Virus record (IMG/VR): IMGVR_UViG_2939147180_000007
DNA: 42,021 bases
Strand: one strand, 5' to 3'
Source: a virus
Lineage: Duplodnaviria > Heunggongvirae > Uroviricota > Caudoviricetes
How positions within the stretch are numbered: the stretch's first letter is position 1; each line of letters opens with the position of its first letter. Positions 36,582 to 42,021 of this stretch are shown piece after piece. The notes under the pieces were generated by a model. That model saw only the letters and a list, made by a program, of their open reading frames with translations, made no database searches and was not told where the DNA came from. Both the position numbers and the translations under genes were made by a program.

Positions 36582-36782
36582 TTACTTCAGAAAGTCTCTG
36601 GTGAGTGCACCGAAGATATTGTCAACGATTTCGTCATCAAACTGCGAGGACTCATCTTCAGTTACAAGGTGACCACAACTTTTGCAGATGGCTCCCGCGA
36701 AACTGTCAGAGCCCTGCGGTTTAAAGGATGTGTCAAAGACTTCGCCACCACATTCTGGGCAAGAAAACTTGATTGTATTCAT
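36582..36782 (-). CDS. small zinc-ribbon protein
   Basis: 66 aa MNTIKFSCPECGGEVFDTSFKPQGSDSFAGAICKSCGHLV...; CxxC-x17-CxxC; SD GAGG; few rare codons, unlike the overlapping plus-strand ORF. Confidence 0.4.
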   Translation of the reverse strand: MNTIKFSCPECGGEVFDTSFKPQGSDSFAGAICKSCGHLVTEDESSQFDDEIVDNIFGALTRDFLK

Positions 36783-36874
36783 AACCAATTTCCTCTCGAG
36801 TAACAGACCCCTCAGAGGATACCACCTCGCCTGACGTGGTTAAAAGCAGGCAACGCTAACCACAAGGAGCCGAC

Positions 36875-37093
36875 ATGCAGAAACGAGAACCCGTCATCAT
36901 CGCGCCAGACTATACCGATGATGAACTTTATGAGTGGATGCGCCAGAAAATTAATGCAGCGCAGGATTTGAAATGGGCCAATGAAGCCAGGGCTAAGCAG
37001 GCTGAAAATCTGTCCGCTCTGGAGCAGGATATCACCAGGCTGGAAAAAGCAGCGGCATTAAGCATTGCCAGAATGATTACATACCCGCGTTAA
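36875..37093 (+). CDS. YdfC-like protein
   Basis: 72-aa ORF with SD AAGGAG; same length and position (upstream of DicF) as Qin ydfC. Confidence 0.6.
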   Translation: MQKREPVIIAPDYTDDELYEWMRQKINAAQDLKWANEARAKQAENLSALEQDITRLEKAAALSIARMITYPR

Positions 37094-37434
37094 TAGCTAA
37101 CCAACGAAGCTAAGGTTGGTAATTAAGGAGTTCTCCACGGGTGAGGTGGAGTGCGTGCGCCGGACACGGGTGAGCATCCGGCACTGACAGTTTACTGAAA
37201 GGATATTTCCCTGAAAAGTCAGACCATAACGCGAAAGCGCACGGCGAGGTAGCTGGTTCATAGATAGCCTGTCGTTAAATTTTCGTCGACCGTGCGCTTC
37301 CGGTTGTGGCAATCCGCGAAATGGCGCGGCGGTAAGTATGGCGGGGTTATTCCTTCCCCCGTTGAGGACACCGGGTTGTCAGGTTGACCATACGCTTAAG
37401 TGACAACCCCGCTGCAACGCCCTCTGTTATCAAT

Positions 37435-37492
37435 TTTCTGGTGACATTTGGCGGTATCAGTTTTACTCCGTGACTGCTCTGCCGCCCTTTTT
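37435..37492 (+). ncRNA. dicF: DicF small RNA (ftsZ-targeting antisense sRNA)
   Basis: TTTCTGGTGACATTTGGCGGTATCAGTTTTACTCCGTGACTGCTCTGCCGCCCTTTTT matches DicF from memory; about 170 nt upstream of dicB. Confidence 0.7.
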
Positions 37493-37661
37493 AAAGTGAA
37501 TTTTGTGATGCGGTGAATGCGGCTAAGCGCACGCGGAACAGTTAAAACCAAAAACAGTGTTATGGGTGGATTCTCTGTATCCGGCGTTAATTGTTAACTG
37601 GTTAACGTCACCTGGAGGCACCAGGCACCGCATCACAAAACTCATTGTTGAGGGCGCGATA

Positions 37662-37850
37662 ATGAAAACGTTATTACCAAACGTTAATACGTCTGAAGGT
37701 TGTTTTGAAATTGGTGTCACTATCAGTAATCCTGTATTTACTGAAGAGGCCATTAACAAAAGAAAACACGAACGGGAGTTATTAAATAAAGTATGCATTG
37801 TTTCAATGCTGGCCCGTTTACGTCTGATGCCAAAAGGATGTGCACAATGA
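37662..37850 (+). CDS. dicB: cell division inhibitor DicB
   Basis: track ORF 37557..37850; start at MKTLLPNVNTSEGCFEIGVTISNPVFTEEAINKRKHERELLNKVCIVSMLARLRLMPKGCAQ (62 aa), near-identical to K-12 DicB from memory. Confidence 0.8.
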   Translation: MKTLLPNVNTSEGCFEIGVTISNPVFTEEAINKRKHERELLNKVCIVSMLARLRLMPKGCAQ

Positions 37851-38038
37851 ATCCAGTATTTGCACTTATTCTGACGGTTTTTCTTGTTTCCGGAGAGCCA
37901 GTTGATATTGCAGTCAGTGTTCACAGAACAATGCAGGAATGTATGGCAGCAGCAACCGAACAGAAAATTCCCGGTAACTGTTACCTGGTCGATAAAGTTA
38001 TTCACCAGGATAATATCGAAATCCCGGCAGGTCTTTAA
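37847..38038 (+). CDS. ydfD: YdfD-like small membrane protein
   Basis: track ORF 37793..38038; start at MNPVFALILTVFLVSGEPVDIAVSV... (63 aa); ATGA overlap with dicB. Confidence 0.7.
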   Translation: MNPVFALILTVFLVSGEPVDIAVSVHRTMQECMAAATEQKIPGNCYLVDKVIHQDNIEIPAGL

Positions 38039-38131
38039 AACAGTTCCGTAATAAATATCCGGTTTCATTCTTATATGCCAGCAATGGCAGGGATTTGTTC
38101 ATCCTTAAATCTGTCATGAGGTTAAAACAAA

Positions 38132-40603
38132 ATGAGTAAAGTTTTTATTTGCGCCGCCATTCCGGGCGAACAGGCAATAAAGGAAGAAGGTGCCGTCGCT
38201 GTAGCCACTGCCATTGAAGCCGGTGATGAACGTCGCGCCCGCGCAAAATTTCACTGGCAATTCCTGGAACATTATCCGGCTGCTCAGGACTGCGCTTATA
38301 AATTTATTGTCTGCGAGGATAAACCTGGCATACCCCGCCCTGCCCTCGATTCATGGGATGCTGAATATATGCAGGAAAACCGCTGGGATGAGGAGTCTGC
38401 TTCTTTTGTCCCGGTTGAGACTGAATCCGATCCGATGAACGTCACTTTTGACAAGCTGGCCCCTGAAGTACAGAACGCTGTCATGGTTAAGTTCGACACA
38501 TGTGAAAACATCACCGTTGATATGGTTATTAGCGCACAGGAATTGTTGCAGGAAGACATGGCAACATTCGACGGACATATCGTTGAAGCGTTGATGAAAA
38601 TGCCAGAAGTTAACGCCATGTATCCGGAGCTTAAGTTGCACGCCATTGGGTGGGTTAAGCATAAATGTATTCCTGGTGCTAAATGGCCCGAAATTCAGGC
38701 AGAGATGCGCATCTGGAAAAAACGTCGCGAAGGTGAACGCAAGGAAACCGGAAAATACACGTCTGTTGTTGATCTCGCCCGCGCCAGAGCCAATCAACAG
38801 TACACTGAAAATTCAACAGGAAAAATCAGCCCGGTCATTGCTGCCATCCATCGCGAATACAAGCAGACATGGAAAACACTGGATGACGAACTGGCCTACG
38901 CTCTCTGGCCTGGTGATGTGGATGCCGGAAACATTGATGGCAGCATCCATCGCTGGGCAAAAAATGAAGTTATCGACAACGACCGCGAAGACTGGAAGCG
39001 TATCTCGGCATCAATGCGCAAACAGCCTGATGCCCTTCGCTACGACCGCCAGACTATTTTTGGCCTTGTCCGTGAGCGTCCGATCGACATTCACAAAGAT
39101 CCCATAGCACTGAACAAATATATCTGCGAATACCTGACGACAAAGGGCGTGTTTGAGAATGAAGAAACAGACCTGGGCACTGTTGATGTTCTCCAGTCAT
39201 CAGAAACACAAACTGATGCAGTGGAAACTGAGGTATCTGATATCCCAAAAAATGAAACCGCGCCGGAAGCTGAACCATCTGTAGAGCGTGAGGGGCCGTT
39301 CTATTTCCTCTTCGCAGATAAGGACGGAGAAAAATACGGTCGCGCAAACAAACTTTCTGGTCTGGATAAGGCACTGGCTGCTGGCGCCACTGAAATCACA
39401 AAAGAAGAATATTTTGCCCGAAAAAATGGCACATACACGGGCTTACCGCAAAATGTAGATACCGCTGAAGATTCAGAACAACCAGAGCCGGTAAAAGTTA
39501 CCGCTGACGAAGTAAACAAAATTATGCAGGCAGCCAATATCAGCCAGCCTGACGCCGATAAGTTGCTTGCTGCCTCTCGCGGAGAATTTGTTGCAGGGAT
39601 TAGCGACCCGAATGATCCGAAATGGGTTAAGGGGATCCAGACCCGCGATTCTGTAAACCAGAACCAGCATGAATCGGAACGGAACTACCAAAAAGCGGAA
39701 CAAAACAGCCCAAATGCGTTACAAAACGAGCCAGAAACGAAACAGCCTGAACCAGTGGCGCAACAGGAAGTGGAAAAAGTCTGCACCGCCTGCGGTCAGA
39801 CCGGCGGCGGCAACTGCCCTGATTGTGGCGCGGTGATGGGCGACGCAACATACCAGGAAACATTCGATGAAGAGTATCAGGTTGAAGTTCAGGAAGATGA
39901 TCCGGAGGAAATGGAAGGCGCTGAACATCCACACAAGGAGAATACTGGCGGCAATCAGCATCACGATAGCGATAATGAAACTGGCGAGACGGCAGATCAC
40001 TCAATTAAGGTGAACGGTCATCAAGAAATCACATCCACCAGCAGGACGTGTGACCATCTAATGATCGACCTTGAAACCATGGGAAAAAATCCTGATGCCC
40101 CAATCATCTCAATAGGTGCAATATTTTTCGATCCGCAAACCGGAGATATGGGACCGGAATTTAGTAAGACTATCGATCTGGAAACTGCTGGCGGAGTCAT
40201 TGATCGAGACACCATTAAATGGTGGCTTAAGCAATCACGCGAAGCGCAATCTGCCATTATGACCGATGAAATCCCGTTAGATGATGCACTGTTACAATTG
40301 CGGGAATTTATCGACGAAAACTCCGGTGAATTTTTTGTTCAGGTCTGGGGAAATGGAGCCAACTTCGACAACACGATTTTGCGCCGTTCATACGAACGGC
40401 AGGGGATCCCCTGCCCGTGGCGTTACTACAACGATCGCGATGTACGCACAATCGTTGAGCTGGGGAAAGCCATAGACTTCGATGCCAGAACGGCTATTCC
40501 ATTCGAAGGTGAGCGCCATAATGCACTTGATGACGCCCGTTACCAGGCAAAATACGTTTCAGTTATCTGGCAAAAACTGATCCCGAGTCAGGCTGATTTT
40601 TAA
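38132..40603 (+). CDS. YdfE-like protein with Cys4 zinc finger and C-terminal DnaQ-like (DEDDh) 3'-5' exonuclease domain
   Basis: 823-aa ORF; CTACGQTGGGNCPDCG; exonuclease motifs MIDLETMG, WGNGANFDNTIL, HNALDDARYQAKY; position between dicB/ydfD and xis. Confidence 0.8.
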   Translation: MSKVFICAAIPGEQAIKEEGAVAVATAIEAGDERRARAKFHWQFLEHYPAAQDCAYKFIVCEDKPGIPRPALDSWDAEYMQENRWDEESASFVPVETESDPMNVTFDKLAPEVQNAVMVKFDTCENITVDMVISAQELLQEDMATFDGHIVEALMKMPEVNAMYPELKLHAIGWVKHKCIPGAKWPEIQAEMRIWKKRREGERKETGKYTSVVDLARARANQQYTENSTGKISPVIAAIHREYKQTWKTLDDELAYALWPGDVDAGNIDGSIHRWAKNEVIDNDREDWKRISASMRKQPDALRYDRQTIFGLVRERPIDIHKDPIALNKYICEYLTTKGVFENEETDLGTVDVLQSSETQTDAVETEVSDIPKNETAPEAEPSVEREGPFYFLFADKDGEKYGRANKLSGLDKALAAGATEITKEEYFARKNGTYTGLPQNVDTAEDSEQPEPVKVTADEVNKIMQAANISQPDADKLLAASRGEFVAGISDPNDPKWVKGIQTRDSVNQNQHESERNYQKAEQNSPNALQNEPETKQPEPVAQQEVEKVCTACGQTGGGNCPDCGAVMGDATYQETFDEEYQVEVQEDDPEEMEGAEHPHKENTGGNQHHDSDNETGETADHSIKVNGHQEITSTSRTCDHLMIDLETMGKNPDAPIISIGAIFFDPQTGDMGPEFSKTIDLETAGGVIDRDTIKWWLKQSREAQSAIMTDEIPLDDALLQLREFIDENSGEFFVQVWGNGANFDNTILRRSYERQGIPCPWRYYNDRDVRTIVELGKAIDFDARTAIPFEGERHNALDDARYQAKYVSVIWQKLIPSQADF

Positions 40604-40655
40604 TGTTCAACCGTCGCCAGTTGTCGTTGATATTCTGCAACTGGCGCGTTCCGGA

Positions 40656-40934
40656 GTGATAGCCATGAGCGAACAGTACCTGATAACGCTCGACGAGTGG
40701 AAACCAAAACGGTTCAGTCTCCCAATAACAAACACTACCCTGGTGAAATACGGAAAACTAGGATACATCGTTCCAAGGCCACAAAAAATTCGTGGGCGTT
40801 GGCTGATAGATCGCCGAGCAGTATTTGTTGGGCCTGGTGAAACGGGAATTGCGCCGGAAATTCATACTGGCGATGATGATGCACTGAAGGAGATTTTAAC
40901 TCATGTCACCGAGGCCACGAAAAAACAGCACTGA
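40656..40934 (+). CDS. xis: excisionase-like protein
   Basis: 92-aa ORF immediately upstream of and overlapping int; small basic protein. Confidence 0.6.
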   Translation: MIAMSEQYLITLDEWKPKRFSLPITNTTLVKYGKLGYIVPRPQKIRGRWLIDRRAVFVGPGETGIAPEIHTGDDDALKEILTHVTEATKKQH

Positions 40935-42021
40935 CGTAGCCGGTCTTTACGAAAAGTTTGATCGCAGAACTGGCAGAGTTTACTACCAGTATAAAAATCC
41001 TGTGACTGGAAAATTTCACGGACTCGGAACAGACAAAGGTAAGGCAGAAAAAATCGCTTCCACAGCCAATCAGCGAATAGCTGCAGCAGAAGCTGAATAT
41101 TTCATGCGCAAAATTGATGAAAGTCCGTCAGCAACAAAACGTCGGGGTATCAGATTAAAGGCATGGGTTGATCGATATCTGAAAATACAGGACACGCGAC
41201 TGAAAAATGGAGATATTGCAGCTACAACTCACAAAGAAAAAACTCGAATGGCTGCATACCTGGTTTCCCGTCTGGGAAACCACCCATTGAAAGAACTGGA
41301 AGTAAGAGACTTTGCATTAATACTGGATGAGTGGCTGGATAAAGACATGGTCAGCACAGCGAGAGTAAATCGTGGATTATGGGTTGATATTTATAAAGAA
41401 GCACAGCATGCAGGGGAAGTTCCTCCTGGATGGAATCCTCCGGAGGCTACCCGTAAACCGATCCCTAAAGTAACCAGAGCCAGGCTCACCATGGAAGACT
41501 GGCAAAAAATTTACAATGCAACGCCTGAAAAACACTTTATCCGTAACGCAATGCTTCTTGCGATTGTTACTGGTCAGCGCCGTGATGACATTTGCCACAT
41601 GCGTTTTTCAGATGTGTGGAACGAACACTTGCATATCACCCAGGGAAAAACCGGAATGCGTCTGGCGTTACCGCTTACACTACGCTGTGATGCCATTGGG
41701 ATAACGTTAAAAGAAGTTATTGATGGGTGCCGAGACAGAATATTAAGTCCATATCTAATCCATAGTCGGCACCAGAAACAACCGAAGCCGATGAGTAAAG
41801 ACAACCTGAGCGACTACTTTGCCAAAGCACGGGATCTGGCTGGGATAATTCCACCAGCAGGAAAAACTCCGCCAACATTTCATGAACAACGCTCTCTATC
41901 AGAACGGCTGTACCGTGCACAGGGTATCGATACAAAAACATTACTAGGACATAAAGTCCAGGCAACCACCGATCGCTATAACGATACTCGAGGTCAGGAA
42001 TGGGTTAAGTTGGTTATTTGA
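40903..42021 (+). CDS. int: tyrosine integrase (lambda Int family)
   Basis: 372-aa ORF; catalytic-region motifs GQRRDDI, HEQRSLSERLY, LLGHKVQATTDRY; C-terminus resembles lambda Int; stop at window end. Confidence 0.9.
   Translation: MSPRPRKNSTDVAGLYEKFDRRTGRVYYQYKNPVTGKFHGLGTDKGKAEKIASTANQRIAAAEAEYFMRKIDESPSATKRRGIRLKAWVDRYLKIQDTRLKNGDIAATTHKEKTRMAAYLVSRLGNHPLKELEVRDFALILDEWLDKDMVSTARVNRGLWVDIYKEAQHAGEVPPGWNPPEATRKPIPKVTRARLTMEDWQKIYNATPEKHFIRNAMLLAIVTGQRRDDICHMRFSDVWNEHLHITQGKTGMRLALPLTLRCDAIGITLKEVIDGCRDRILSPYLIHSRHQKQPKPMSKDNLSDYFAKARDLAGIIPPAGKTPPTFHEQRSLSERLYRAQGIDTKTLLGHKVQATTDRYNDTRGQEWVKLVI

Noticed and set aside
36447-36803. 118-aa plus-strand ORF (GTG start with SD) overlapping the zinc-ribbon gene
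   Set aside because: Heavy use of rare Arg codons (AGA, CGG, CGA) and no recognisable motif, whereas the opposite-strand ORF has a clean zinc-ribbon signature; this is not definitive (see finding).
37501-37640. Retron-like or MITE-like reading of the 15-bp perfect inverted repeat flanking 110 bp
   Set aside because: No reverse transcriptase gene nearby and no target-site duplication; the repeat lies in the DicF-to-dicB spacer, where an RNA duplex is a simpler explanation.
37523-38068. 181-aa minus-strand ORF
   Set aside because: Antisense to dicB and ydfD; Cys-rich irregular composition.
38296-40004. Several minus-strand ORFs (76-148 aa) inside the YdfE-like gene
   Set aside because: All are antisense to a long ORF with clear exonuclease motifs; no RBS or domain signals.
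1-42021. CRISPR arrays
   Set aside because: No regularly spaced direct repeats with unique spacers were found; the only periodic repeats are the iterons and the 12-bp tandem repeat in the replication gene.

Overview
This window is a near-complete mosaic lambdoid prophage in reverse orientation, running from the stop codon of the side tail fiber gene (bases 1-3) to the stop codon of the integrase (42019-42021); no att site is inside the window. Late genes are on the minus strand: a lambda-like tail module (stf, lom, J, I, K, L, M, H, G/T with a -1 frameshift site, V, and U/Z-position genes), an HK97-like head module (connector, major capsid, prohead protease, portal), then terminase large and small subunits and an HNH endonuclease. 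An intact IS2 (1331 bp, 5-bp target duplication) sits upstream of bor, followed by a lysis cassette (phage-21-type holin, YdfR-like ORF, SAR-type endolysin, Rz with embedded Rz1). The Q-to-S region holds a putative pR' promoter and tR' terminator, a tRNA with anticodon CAU, a degenerate tRNA-like remnant, two tandem diverged copies of a promoter/structured-RNA/terminator module, and an AT-rich moron. Further right are Q, RusA, a DUF968/HNH protein, a hok-type toxin locus, a second AT-rich islet with a small membrane protein, two small acidic proteins, a replication initiator with internal iterons, and a Cro-like/DicA-like immunity switch. The left-early operon resembles the Qin dicB operon (YdfC-like, DicF sRNA, DicB, YdfD, a full-length 823-aa YdfE-like exonuclease), followed by xis and int. 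All identifications are from reading the sequence and recalled family knowledge; no database search was run. CDS coordinates follow the supplied ORF track, with starts adjusted in-frame where noted. Non-ORF coordinates were counted by hand and may be off by 1-2 bp. The most unusual element is the duplicated structured-RNA module in the Q-to-S hotspot, which I cannot assign to a known family.
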